Shown here one piece after another: positions 40,128 through 52,539 of a stretch of DNA of 64,000 nucleotides (its first letter is position 1; each line of letters opens with the position of its first letter). The notes under the pieces were generated by a model. That model did no database searches and was not told where the DNA came from. It saw only the letters and a list, made by a program, of their open reading frames with translations. The stretch is from Eledone cirrhosa (lineage: Eukaryota), in the NCBI GenBank assembly GCA_964016885.1, contig OZ024740.1:285200001-285264000 (forward strand). The letters run 5' to 3'. Both the position numbers and the translations under genes were made by a program.

Positions 40128-42575
40128 ACATAGAGGAACAGTGGTAATTCCTGAAAGTTAACCTGCTGAAGGCAACAGATGAAATCTGTGGCTGGAGCAG
40201 ACCTATAGGCAGGAGGAGAGTAACGTGGTGGTGGAACAGTAAGGTGGAGGAGTCAATCAAGGCCAAAAAGCAGGCTTGGAAAGTATGGTGGGATGGGGGA
40301 AGTAGAGAAGACTATCAAGTGGCCAGGAGGGAAGCTAGGAGACAAGTGTACTTTGTAAGAAGGGAAGCAGAGGAAAGAAAGTTCAAGCATGTTCTACAAC
40401 ACGAGGACCAAAAATGTGAGGTGTTCAGGATTGCTAGACAATGTGTCAAGGAAAACCGTGATATTGTCGGGGAGAAGTGTGTCCATAATGATAACGGTGT
40501 ACTTGCCCTCACTGATGCTGATAAGAAGATAGCCTGGAAGTGTCACTACGAGAGACTATTAAATGAAGAGAATAAGTGGGAAAAAGATAGTCTGCCCCAA
40601 ATCGATGTAATAAAGGGACAAGCAGTGCAAGTTGAAGGTAGTATAATAAGTAAGGCAATCAAAGATATGAAGACAGGCAAGGCAGCTGGGCCTTAAGAGA
40701 TAGTTGCTGAAATGCTGAAAGCGTCTGGAATGGTGGGACACACTATGGTCACCCGGATAGAAAACCAAGTCATACAGAACAGGGTCATACCAAATGACTG
40801 GCGTAGCAGTATCATCATTAACTGCTACAAGGGTAAAGGAGATGCTCTAGATAGGGGAAACTATAGAGGCATTAAGTTAGTTGACCAGGTGATGAAGCTC
40901 ACAGAAAGAGTTATAGCGCAACTAATGAGAGAGCGAATTGATCTAGATGAAATGCAGTTTGGGTTTGTGTCAGGTAAAAGTACCACAGACGCTCTTTTCC
41001 TTGTACGACAACTACAGGAAAAGTACCTAGCTAAAAGTAAACCCCTCTACTTAGCTTTTGTAGACCTGGAAAAAGCCTTTGACAGAGTCCCCTGCTCCAT
41101 TATCTGGTGGGCTCTTACAAAACTAGGTGTAGATGAATGGCTTGTGAGAGCTATACAAGCCATGTATAATGAAACAGTCAGTAAGGTTAGAATTAACAAT
41201 GAATATAGTGAAGAATTTAGTGTAAAAGTTGGTGTTCACCAAGGCTCTGTGCTTAGCCCCCTCCTATTTATTATTGCCCTTCAAGCTATAACAGAGGAAT
41301 CAGGACCGGCTGCCCATGGGAACTTCTATATGCAGATGATCTAATGCTCATAGCTGAATCAAGAACTAGAGAAGAAATTCCAAACATGGAAGCATGGCCT
41401 AGAATCAACAGGCCTTAAAGTCTAAGACTAAAGTTTTAGTACGTAGGAAGGAAAATAGTGCACTGGTCCCCCCTGGGAAATGGCCATGCTCAGTGTGTAG
41501 GAAAGGAGTAGGCAGAAATTCCATTTTATGTCCCAAATGCAAAGTATGGGTGCATAAAAGATGTAGTGGGATCACAGGTAAGCTAACTAAAAACATAGAT
41601 TTTATATGTGGCCGGTGCTCAGGTGCAATAAGTAGTAGCAAGTGCCCACAGGATACTAGCTTCTTCCATTGCCCAGATGGTTCTATAGAAATAGTGGACA
41701 CCTTCCGTTACCTGGGTGACAAAATCAGCAGTGGTGGAGGGTGCTCTGAAAGTACAGTAGCCAGAGTCAGAACGGGATGGAAAAAGTTCAGAGAGCTTAT
41801 ATTACTATTGGCCACAAAAGGTTTCTCTCTAAAAATGAAAGGCAGCCTGTATGATGCCTGTATACGAACAGCAATGCTACATGGCAGTGAGACATGAGTA
41901 TTACGTGCAGAGGACCTGCGTAGACTGGAAAAGAATGAAGCATGCATGCTCTGTTGGATGTGTAATAGTGATATACGTGAACACAAAGCATAAATGAACT
42001 AAGTGAGAAATTAGGAATAAGAGGGATCAGATGCTGTTTACTTGAGAGAAGACTACGTTGGTATGGTCACGTGATGCACATGAAAGACAACAGCTGTATA
42101 AAAAAGTGCAGGGCGATCAAAATTGATGGAAGTTATGGAGTAGGTAGACTCAGAAAAACCTGGGACGATTTGATAAATTCCGACCTTACACACTTACACC
42201 TCTCTAAGACAATGTCACTGGACCGAGATCTTTGGCGCTACACAGTAATACAGAAGACCCGCCTTACCTAAGTGCAAAGTGAAACCTACTACAGTCAGTA
42301 GGCACCTCTTAATCAAATATACACCCCCATCCCACTACCCCTACCCCCATAACCCCCCCCCCCCTTCTCTGTAAAGTTATGTTGGTACCACAACATCCAG
42401 TCCTAAATAAATGAGGTCGTGTAGGTGTCACGAGAAAAAAACAGTCCACGCTGTAATGTGGCCTATACGAGCGAGACGACCAATCTTGCCTCAAGTGGGA
42501 CAATTCCCGTCTAGCATGGAAGATAGACCCCTGCTAGCATGGAAGATAGACGTTAAACGATGATGATGATGATGA
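40128..42575 (+). mobile_element. 5'-truncated RTE LINE (same family as 17846)
   Basis: ORFs 40244-40696, 40712-41344 and 41493-41897; RT motifs, PHD-like finger and (GAT)n tail. Confidence 0.95.
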
Positions 42576-42704
42576 ATAACAGCAAAATATTTATTTAAAA
42601 AAAGCAAATAATCGTACCGGTTTCAACCAAAAGTTGTTTAGGCTTCTTAATGCTACAGGAAATATGATTAAAAGTGTATAATATAATAAGGTGTATATTA
42701 TAAG

Positions 42705-43456
42705 CAGACTGTATGATGGATGATAGCAGACTGTATGATGCATGCATACAAACAGCAATGTTACATGGTAGTGAGACCTGGGCGTTGCGTGCAGAAGACT
42801 TGCGTAGATTAAAAAGTAACGAAGCCTGCATGCTCCAATGGATGTGAAATAGTAATATATGCAAACGGCAAAGCATAAACGAATTAAGAGAGAGACTAGG
42901 CATAAGAGGAATAAAATGTTGTGTGCAGGAGGGGAGATTGCGTTGGTATGGACACGTGATGCGTATGAAGGATGACAGTTGTATAAAAAGGTGCAGAGCA
43001 CTAAAAGTCGATGGAAGCCTTGGAGTGGGGAGACCCAAGAAGACCTGGAATGAGGTAATAAAAACTGACCTTGCCCAATTGCACCTCTCAAAGGCGATGA
43101 CACAGGACCAAGACCTCTGGCATTACGCAGTAACACAGACGACCCGACCACAAGTACAAGCCAAAGCTGAAGCATATAGACAATATGGCCCATGCCCCTC
43201 CCGCTGTAAAGTGGTTGTGCAGGTATCACAACAAAAAGCACCCAGTCCACACTGTAAAGTGGTCATGTAGGTGCCATGGTAAGAAAGTACCATGTAAATG
43301 AGGTTGGTGTAAGGAAGAACATTCAGCTGTAGAAACCGAGCCAAAATCAGTCCTGTATGAGCAAAACACGGTCATCTGACAGGACAACACGCCTAACCCA
43401 TGCTAGCTTGGAGACATCGATGTAAAACGGTGATGATGATGATGGTGATGATGATG
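42705..43456 (+). mobile_element. RTE 3' fragment
   Basis: AMLHGSETW and RLRWYGHVMRM motifs, 3' UTR and (GAT)n. Confidence 0.85.
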
Positions 43457-44089
43457 AGGGTATAAGAGAACATAGTTTACATACATATAAAAGAGTTCAC
43501 ATTTTCGTTTATCTCTTTCTCTCTTGCTCTCTTCCTTGGTGGTTAGGAATAAAAGTCGATTTGTTCCTTGTTATTGTCTAAAAATGGAGAAATGCTGTGC
43601 TGAAAAGGACCCATCCAACACATGCATGCATGGAAAAATGAACATAGAAATGATGATGATGATGTTGATATATCTATATATATGTATAGCTGGAGTCATG
43701 ATAGAATGTTCCTAGTACATGCTGTAATGTGGTTGGTGTTAGGAAGGGGATCCAGCCATAGAAACCAAACCAAAAATGGAGCCTCCATACATGATAGTTC
43801 ATCTAACCTATGCAAACATGTAAAATAGACAGTGATGATGATGATACACACACACATTTATATATATATTTATATATGATAAGGGCTGACCTGACTCAAC
43901 TAAATCACCCAATGGGGATGACACAGGACCGAGTCCTCTGGCGCTACAACATTCCACAAAAGATCTGTTCTGACAACATCGGACTCAGATCAAAATGGCA
44001 CCGCCCAGCCCCACACCGTAAACAAGGTTGATAGTAGGCCCATGAGAATTTCATTGTGGTCATCCAGTGTGGGGCTCCAGAAGTAAAAT

Positions 44090-44930
44090 TTGATCTTGTG
44101 AAGGGTTCGTCATGTGGAGAGTGCCATGGTTTCATATTGAGAAAGGTTTGTTGCATGGAGAGAGCCCGGTTCTGAAAATGGGGTGCTGCTGTGAGTAGGG
44201 TCCAGCATACCCAACTGGCCTGTCCCTCCTCATAGTGGTGCCATCCAGTTCCAGTCTCCCATAAATGTGGTTTCATATTGAGAAAGGTCCATTGCATGGA
44301 GAGTGCCTAGCTCTGAAACTGGGATGTTGCTGTGAGAAGGGTCTGTCACATGGAAAGTGCCTGGCTCCGAAACTAGGGTGTTGCTGTGAGAAGGGTGCAA
44401 CGCAGCCAACTAGCCTGTCCCTCCTCATAGTGGTGTAATTCAGTGCCGGGCCCAAAACCATGGTTCTGCTGTGTGATTTCATACTGAGAAGGGTTTGTCA
44501 GGTGGAGAGTACCCAGCCCCGAAACTGGGGTGTCGCTGTGGGAGGGGTTCGGCGCAACCAAATTGGCCTGTCCCTTCTCATAGTGGTCTCATCCTGTGCT
44601 GGGCTCCAGGCTCCCATACTATGGTTCCACACCTGTCCTTTCTCATAGTGGCATCGTCCAGTATCAAGCCCCTAAACTATGACTACACTGTGAGATGGGT
44701 TAGGCTCCTCGTATCGGTGTCATCCAGTACTGGGCTCCAAGTACCAGGCCCCCAAAATGGTGGCTATACTGTGAGACGGGTCAGGCTCCTTGTATCGGTG
44801 CCTCCCAGTACTGGGCTCCTAAATTATGGCTCTGCTATGTGATGGGTCAGACTCCAGCCTGTGGTTCCGTTGTGAGATGGGTTTTGCCCGGCTAGCTTGC
44901 CTGTCCCTCCTCATGACGGAGTCATCCAGT
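44090..44930. repeat. Degenerate GC-rich tandem (minisatellite-like) array
   Basis: Recurring modules TGAGAAGGG...CATGGAGAGTGCC...GAAACTGGG...GCTGTGAG and GCCTGTCCCTCCTCATAGTGG, about 4-5 copies. Confidence 0.75.
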
Positions 44931-45830
44931 CTCACACTGTAAATCTGGTTAGTGTCAGGAAGGGTATCCAGATGTAAAATACCCAGCCAAATTTATAGTC
45001 CTTGCCGGAGCAAGGTGCGACATGGCCAACCATGGCCAGACTTGCTCCCCGCCATGGACAACCCATCTAACCCATGCAAGCATGGAAGAATTGACGCTAA
45101 ACGAAAATGATGATGATGAATGATGATTTGAGGCAAGCATATCATATTTTTCTTTCAGTGTTTTTCCTTTGCTTGAGACTGTTTCTTACAGACCCCAAAT
45201 ATTTGAAATTGTTTCTAAAGTTTCATAGAGCCCTTTTGTGATTTACACTTGATTAAAATGAATTTGGATATGATATATTAAATATATTTATGTGTGTCTT
45301 ATTGTTCACTATATAGACATTACACACATACATATGTCATATATATGTGTGGGTGTATTGACGCAGATTAAGCTTACGGCATTAGTCAAAGCTGGGAAGG
45401 AATTCAAGTATTATTCTGACTTCATAGTTGAGTGCTTACTTGTGGAAGTATTTCCAGGGATATCCCACTGAGTAAATTACATACTCCAGTTCATATATTA
45501 ATATCAACATTTACACAAGCTTCCATCGATCAACAATAGTATGTTTTCTTGTATTTAATAGGAATAAATAATCATCAAATTCAGTGTTATATATCTGTAT
45601 ATGTATATATATATGTATATATATGTATACGTACATACATATATGTATACAGACGTACAGTAGTATGTATATATATATATATACATACATGCACACATAT
45701 ATATATATGTACGTATGGATTCACCGAACATTTATTATAATGCTCGGTGTGTTTGTAAACAAACATCCCGAATTAAGCCGTACAGTGTCTAGCAACCATC
45801 GTTGCTCATTTGTTCAACACTGACAAAGGA

Positions 45831-45873
45831 ACGCTGTACTAGTTTCAAGCTTATTAGCTATCATCAGCAACGT
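45831..45873 (-). ncRNA. Minimal type-I hammerhead ribozyme (family D)
   Basis: ACGUUG-CUGAUGA-UAGCU(AAUA)AGCUU-GAAAC-UA-GUA^CAGCGU; stem I extends through AAGG/CCUU, CUGGCA/UGUCAG and GUUCAAC/GUUGAAC. Confidence 0.9.
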
Positions 45874-46259
45874 ATACCTTCCTGCCAGATGGTTGAACGT
45901 CTGAAAGTATATACTTTCCTTATGCATATTAATGGCTGAGCAGCCTAATTTGCATATCAAGTGAGTTAATCGGCCGGGGTACCGAAAACGATAAACGGAA
46001 AAAATGAAACAAAATTTCATTTCTCACTCTTAGTACAGCTGTTACTTAAATATAAGTATGTATACGTACATACATATATGTATACAGACGTACAGTAGTA
46101 TGTATATATATATATACATACATGCACACATATATATATGTACGTATGGATTCACCGAACATTTATTATAATGCTCGGTGTGTTTGTAAACAAACATCCC
46201 GAATTAAGCCGTAGTGTCTAGCAACCATCGTTGCTCATTTGTTCAACACTGACAAAGGA

Positions 46260-46302
46260 ACGCTGTACTAGTTTCAAGCTTATTAGCTATCGTCAGCAAC
46301 GT
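46260..46302 (-). ncRNA. Minimal type-I hammerhead ribozyme (family D)
   Basis: ACGUUG-CUGACGA-UAGCU(AAUA)AGCUU-GAAAC-UA-GUA^CAGCGU. Confidence 0.9.
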
Positions 46303-47002
46303 ATATGTATATACGTATATATGTATATATATGTATGTATGTATATATGTATATATGTATGTAACTATGTTGGTGTTATAATCATCATCATCCCCATCAT
46401 TGTTTTTATGTCTGTTTTTATATGCTAGCATGGGCTGGATGAGATTTCTTATCTGACAGGTTTTTCTACAACTAGATGCTCTTCTTGATGCCAACCCATA
46501 CATAATTCTAAGTATAGTATATGCAGATAACAGAAATCTGATTTTTTTCTTTCTAGCAAAAACAAAAAAATGTTTCAAAATAGGTGTCGAAAATTTTTTT
46601 TATTTTTTTTTTTTATTTCACATTGCTATTATAATATATTTCCTTTGTTTTCAAATCTCTGTGGTACCTTTACAAGAGGTGTTTTAGTTTAATGAATTTG
46701 GAATATAATTATAATTATAGGCAATTCCCTTGAATTTCAGAGAAAAATGGTGATTTCTTTTCTTTTCTGAAAAATGTATATCTTAAAAATTATATGGAAA
46801 CTTTTTATAAGACTTTGATATTTGATATATTTTGTTTTAATATTGCTGATTACATGTTTTGCTTTTAAATTTTATTATTTTGCTGATGTCAATTCTTCCT
46901 ACAAGTTCCCTCTCAATACCAAAGCTGGAAAGATCTTTTAGTCTCTCCTGTGACATTGTGTCCCCAAGAAAGTCTCAGTGAACTGTTATTTTAGATGCTA
47001 CC

Positions 47003-47218
47003 TTAACCCTTTAGCATTTAAACCGCCTGCATCTGGCCAGAATTCCTTCACCTCTTTCTGTTCAAACTGGCCGTAACTGGCCAATCATATTGATGTTAAG
47101 GTATTGTTCTCAAAATAAATGATATCAAAATCTCGTAGATTCGATATTATGTGAAATAAAGCCTTTACCATGAAAATACAAGAGTATATATAGAGTAATG
47201 TAAATGCTAAAGGGTTAA
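47003..47218. mobile_element. piggyBac-like TTAA MITE
   Basis: TIRs and TTAA TSD. Confidence 0.85.
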
Positions 47219-47419
47219 CTGTAAAGGTACAGAATATTTGCTGTGAAATACATCTTAACTATAATAAAGTAAATACAATTAATTATCCAACAATTATCTA
47301 ACAATTAATTATCATTGTTTTCTATATTAATCATTGTTATTTTAATCATACTAATAAACAGTGTATCTTTATAAGTAAAATAAATGTTTAATTATAGTGA
47401 CTATCTTTATTATATGAGG

Positions 47420-47517
47420 GTGCAAGTTGTGCAAGTTGTGCAAGTTGTGCAAGTTGTGCAAGATATGCAAGTTGTGTAAGTTGTGCAAGTTATGCAAGTT
47501 GTGCAAGTTATGCAAGT
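47420..47517. repeat. 9-bp tandem repeat (TGCAAGTTG)n, about 11 copies
   Basis: Read directly from the sequence. Confidence 0.9.
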
Positions 47518-47618
47518 GGTGGTAATAAATATCTAAATGTTTTTGGTGGATGTTCAGCAAAATAGGTTGGGAAACATTGGTATAAACTGTATAAGCTATA
47601 AAAAGAGCCTGTCATGTG

Positions 47619-47658
<40 letters not shown>

Positions 47659-48014
47659 AATCCATGTGATTGTGGTGGGGCTGATAATGTTGTTAGAACT
47701 CAACGTGTCCTTGGAAGGATGGTTGCAGCGAGATTTGGCAGTGTGGCCAGTAGTTTTTGTGGTAGGTGATTACCGCCTATGGTATCCTTGAAGAAATTCC
47801 ATCCGGGTCATTTATATATATATATGTGTTTGTGCATAGAACAATAAAAACAGAAGTCAGGTGTAGGTAGATAGTTAGTTCATCGTTTTACGATAATTTC
47901 AGAGGGTCGGTTGATCAATGGTAATCAATGTATCGAGTTACATGCTAGTGGTTAAGTCACTAAGTTACCTATTTCTAGTTCCGAAAACCCTGTTGGCCAT
48001 CCTCCTCAGAAACA

Positions 48015-48048
<34 letters not shown>

Positions 48049-48216
48049 GAGTCAGGACCCGGACGGCTGAGCTCCGGCCATTTCGACAGCTAGATCCGAA
48101 CTAGTCAGGGTCCTGACTCTTTTCATATTACCCGTTCTACTACTCCAGTAGTATTGAGTACTCAGGTGTGTTATGGTCCATCTGGTATCTTACCACACAT
48201 TCTTTGTTATATATAC

Positions 48217-48267
<51 letters not shown>

Positions 48268-48274
48268 TATGTAT

Positions 48275-48760
48275 AACAAAGTGCAGGGCAATAAAGATAG
48301 ACGGTAGCCACGGAATAGGCAGACCCAGTAAAACCTGGGACGAGCTGATAAATTCCGACCTCACACACTTACACCTCTCCAAGACAATGTCACTGGACCG
48401 AGACCTTTGGCGGTACTCAGTAATAGAGAAGACCCGCCTTACCTAAATACAAAGTAAAACCTACTACAGCCAGTAGGCATCTCTAACAAAATACCCCCCA
48501 CCCCACCCCACCCCATCCACACCGCCCCTTCAATGTAAAGTTATGTTGGTGCCACAACATCCAGGCCGAAACCTCCCAGCCCCACACTGTAAATGTGGTT
48601 GGTGTTAGGAAGGGCATCCAGCTGTAGAAAACCCGCCAGACAGTCCTATGCGAGCAAGACAAACGCTCTTGCTTGCCTCAAGTGGGAAAACCCCCGTCCA
48701 AACCCATGCAAGCGTGGAACACGGACGTTAAACGTTGATGATGATGATGATGATGATGAT
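48275..48760 (+). mobile_element. RTE 3' end
   Basis: KCRAIKIDGSHGIGRPSKTW, 3' UTR and (GAT)n. Confidence 0.85.
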
Positions 48761-48787
48761 ATATATATACACACACACACACACACA

Positions 48788-48922
<135 letters not shown>

Positions 48923-49067
48923 GTATATATATATATATAATGTAGGAGGTGAGTTTTATTGTAGTACAATAAAGCAATGCAGATATCGGATAAGTAGCAC
49001 TCTACAGTTTGTAGGACTGGAGTATAAATAATATATAAGATCAAAAGATGGTTAAAAGAGTTCCATG

Positions 49068-49138
49068 TATTTTATTATGCGCATTTCAAAAACAAATATC
49101 ATCATGCGATGACATTTGCGTTTTTGTCAGATAAAATA
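49068..49138 (-). ncRNA. Hammerhead ribozyme copy with core mutation (CUGACAA)
   Basis: Inverted copy of 49847-49917 with G8A. Confidence 0.65.
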
Positions 49139-49846
49139 GGGAGACATGATATGAAGGTTAAAAAACACTTGTGAATAGTGCAGTTTTAAATCAACATATG
49201 AAAAGTAGTTTTAGATTGATGTGTGATATTGGGAAAAAAATTGAGGGGGGGGGGGGTGAAAAAGAGGAGGAGATGAGAGTAAAGAATGGAGGGGGAGGAG
49301 TATAATAAGGAAGGATGACATAGGAGGAGAGATGGGTGATAGAGAGAGAGAGATAGCTTTTATAACTGAGAAAAATATATTGTTTTACAGAGAGAGGTTA
49401 AAAAACTGTTGGAAGATAATATATAAATTAAAAGAATTTGAAAATTAACGAAGAGAAAAATTTAAGAATAATGTTAAATTAAGGTTTGTGAATTGAAGGG
49501 TTTAATTTAACATTATTCTTAAATTTTTCTCTTCGTTAATTTTCAAATTCTTTTAATATCTTCCAACGGTTTTTTAAGCTCTCTCTGTAAAACAATATAT
49601 TTTTCTCAGTTATAAAAGCTATCTCTCTCTCTCTATCACCTATCTCTCCTCCTATCTCATCCTTCCTTATTATACTCCTCCCCCTCCATTCTTTACTCTC
49701 ATCTCCTCCTCTTTTTCATCCTTTCCAACCCCTCCCCCCTCAATTTTTTTCCCAATATCACACATCAATCTAAAACTACTTTTCATATGTTCATTTAAAA
49801 CTGCACTATTCACAAGTGTTTTTTTAACCTTCAAATCATGTCTCCC

Positions 49847-49917
49847 TATTTTATCTGACGAAAACGCAAATGTCATCGCATGATGATATTTGTTTTTGAA
49901 ATGCGCATAATAAAATA
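49847..49917 (+). ncRNA. Type-I hammerhead ribozyme with intact core
   Basis: UAUUUUAU-CUGACGA-AAACGCAAAUGUCAUC(GCAU)GAUGAUAUUUGUUUUU-GAAAU-GCGC-AUA^AUAAAAUA. Confidence 0.9.
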
Positions 49918-49947
49918 CATGGAACTCTTTTAACCATCTTTTGATCT

Positions 49948-49978
<31 letters not shown>

Positions 49979-49989
49979 CATCATCATTT

Positions 49990-50313
49990 CATTTTACGTC
50001 CACTTTTTCCCTGCTTGCAAGGGTGGGACGGGAACTGATGCTGGCTTGATTTCTACAGCTGGATGCCCTTCCTAACACCAACCTCATTTACAGTGAGTGC
50101 TGGGTGCTTTTTTGCCGTGGCACCTCCACGACCATTTTGCAGTGGAATGATAGGGACCCCAGTCCCTATCATCTCATTTCTACAGCTGAGTAAATTGGAG
50201 CAATGTGAAATAAAGTGTCTTGCTCAAGGAAACAACACATCATCCGGTCTGAGAATTGAACTCACAATCTTTCGATTGCAAGGCCACTGCTCTAACCACT
50301 AAGCCATGTGCCT
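49990..50313 (-). mobile_element. SINE family A
   Basis: Near-identical to 26213-26537. Confidence 0.85.
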
Positions 50314-50379
50314 CCACATATATATATATATGTACATATATATATATATATGTACATACATAAATATATATCAGACAGC

Positions 50380-51855
50380 CTATTGAAAGCTGCAGACCAG
50401 GTCTGCAGGTGGAGCAAGGTCCTAGCAAGATGGAGAGCAATGTGATGGTGGAATGGATAGGGTAGATAGAGCCATGAAAACAAATAAAAAAGCCAGCCTA
50501 GAAAAACTGGAGGAAATGGGGAAACAGAGAGCAATACCTAACAGGTAGAAGAGAGGTTAGGAAACAGGTATACCTAGCAAGGAGAGAAGCAGAAAAAGAA
50601 CAGAAGTTTGCACAATGTTTCACATCATGAGGATCAGAGATATGAAGTGTTCTGGATTGTAAGACAGTGTGCTAGAGAAAACCGAGATATAATTGGTGAA
50701 ATGATAGTGGAGCACTTGCTCTGTGTGATTTTGTTAAGAAGAGGCATGGAAGTACTATTATGAGAAACTGGTGAATGAAGAGAATAAATGGGTGAGTGAG
50801 GGCCTACACCATGTAGATCCAACTGAGGTATCAGCCATAAAAGATGACAGCAGGGCAATAGACAAAGCAATTAAGAATATGAAGATAGGGAAGGCAGATG
50901 AAGTATTTGGTATAGCTGCTGAGATGCTAAAGATATCCAGTATGGTACATCACAAGCTAGTCAAATGCTTAAAAGTAAACTTAACCCTTTAGCATTTACA
51001 TTATTCTATATATACTATTGTATTTTTGTGGTAAAGGCTTTATCTCACATAATATATCACATAATATCGAATCTATGATATTTTGATATTATTTATTTTG
51101 AGAAAAATACCTTAATGTCAATATGAGTGGTGGCCAGTTATGGCCAATTTGAACAGAATGAGGTGAGAGAATTCTACCCGGATACGGCTGGTTTAAATGC
51201 TAAGGGTTAACAAAGACTAAAGTCTTAATAAGTAGGAAGGAAGACAGGAAGTTGATACCATCAGAAAAGTGGCCTTGCTTGATAAGTCAAAAATGGGTGA
51301 GCAGAAACACCATAAGTTGCACACAGTGTAATATATGGACACACAAGAGATGTAGTGGAGTTGCAGGCAGGTTAATGGAAAAGATAAACTTTATATGTAG
51401 CAGATGCACAGGTGAAATAAGCACATGAGGAATTGATTTCCTCAGCTGCAAGGGAGGCTCCCTAGAAGTGGTTAAAAACTAATCAGCATTGAGGAATAGC
51501 CAAAGTAAGAACAGGCTGGAAGAAGTTTAGGGGGTTGGTAGCTCTGCTAACAACAAAGGGCTTCTCTCTCGAAATGAAGGGTAGACTGTATGATGCCTGC
51601 ATGTGAGCTGCAATGCTACATGGCAGTAAGACATGGGCTTCGACTGCAGAAGACTTGAGAATGTTAGAGAGAAATGAAAAGAGTATGCTTTGATGGATGT
51701 GTATTGTTAGTGTGCATGAAGGATGCAACATAAGTAAGCTGAGAGAAAAACTTGGAATAAGAGGAGTCAGCTGTGATGTGAAAGAGAGAAGACTATGATG
51801 GTATGGACATATAATGCATATTGAAGATGATAGCAGCATAAAGAAATGTGTACTG
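50380..51855 (+). mobile_element. Old RTE remnant lacking the RT core, interrupted by a TTAA MITE (50981-51210)
   Basis: AIKNMKIGKA, KWPC, HKRCSG and GRLYDAC motifs; the MITE sits in the LKVN|LTKTKV segment. Confidence 0.8.
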
Positions 51856-52539
51856 GATATGTTTATTAGTTGATAATTAAATATGTTATTCAATTAATAT
51901 TTTGAAGTAGTGTGTAGCCTAAATTTAAAAAATATAGTAGCACTCAGTTCTAAAATGTAGCATAGGACTATGAAACACATGCAGATGGCATTTGGAATGC
52001 AATGAATATCAATACAGAAGATGATTGCTTGTAATTGCATTTCCCCACCACCAAACTAGACATATATTTATATACATACACACATACATAAATGTTTTAA
52101 ATGACTGGGAATAACATTTTTTAAAAGGACATTGTACATGAGACTGATACAGAGATAGAGATGGAATAAAACAAATTCAACATTTATATTATTCATAAAA
52201 GTGTTTAATACTTTTGCATCTAGTGTCTTTAAAGTTGATGTGGACTTCCAACATTTTTGGCCTATACACAGTCAATTTTCATTCAAAAACAATTTCCAAT
52301 ATTTACACAAAATCAATTTCCAATAATTATATACATACACCATCCTTATCATCATCATGGTCCCTTAACCCTTTTTTCAAGGTTGTTGGGGCACTGCAGT
52401 ATTGAATGCTGCACCAACTGCCACCATCTCTGGCAGTCGTAGGTGAGTGCTTGGATTTATATATACACACACATTCATAAATGAACAGTGAATATTAATA
52501 CAGAATATAATTGATCATAATTGTTTCATCACACTACTT

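Larger units (their letters stand above)
45625..46302 (-). mobile_element. Candidate non-LTR retrozyme: about 1.6 tandem copies of a ~430-nt ORF-less unit with one HHR per unit
   Basis: 45625-45873 is repeated at 46060-46302; HHRs at 45831-45873 and 46260-46302. Confidence 0.85.
49029..49956. repeat. Long fold-back inverted repeat (arms 49029-49482 and 49502-49956), probable inverted Penelope pLTR pair
   Basis: Near-identical ~455-nt arms with a 19-nt spacer and an HHR in each arm. Confidence 0.9.

Noticed and set aside
42591-43250. 219-aa minus-strand ORF and similar antisense ORFs over RTE copies
   Set aside because: Shadow frames of LINE sequence.
44090-44930. CRISPR-like repeat-spacer pattern
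   Set aside because: Degenerate tandem modules without unique spacers, in a eukaryotic context with no cas genes.
45535-45595. TTGATGA...GAAAAC on the minus strand as another hammerhead
   Set aside because: Core, stem I and cleavage triplet are too degenerate to support in AT-rich DNA.
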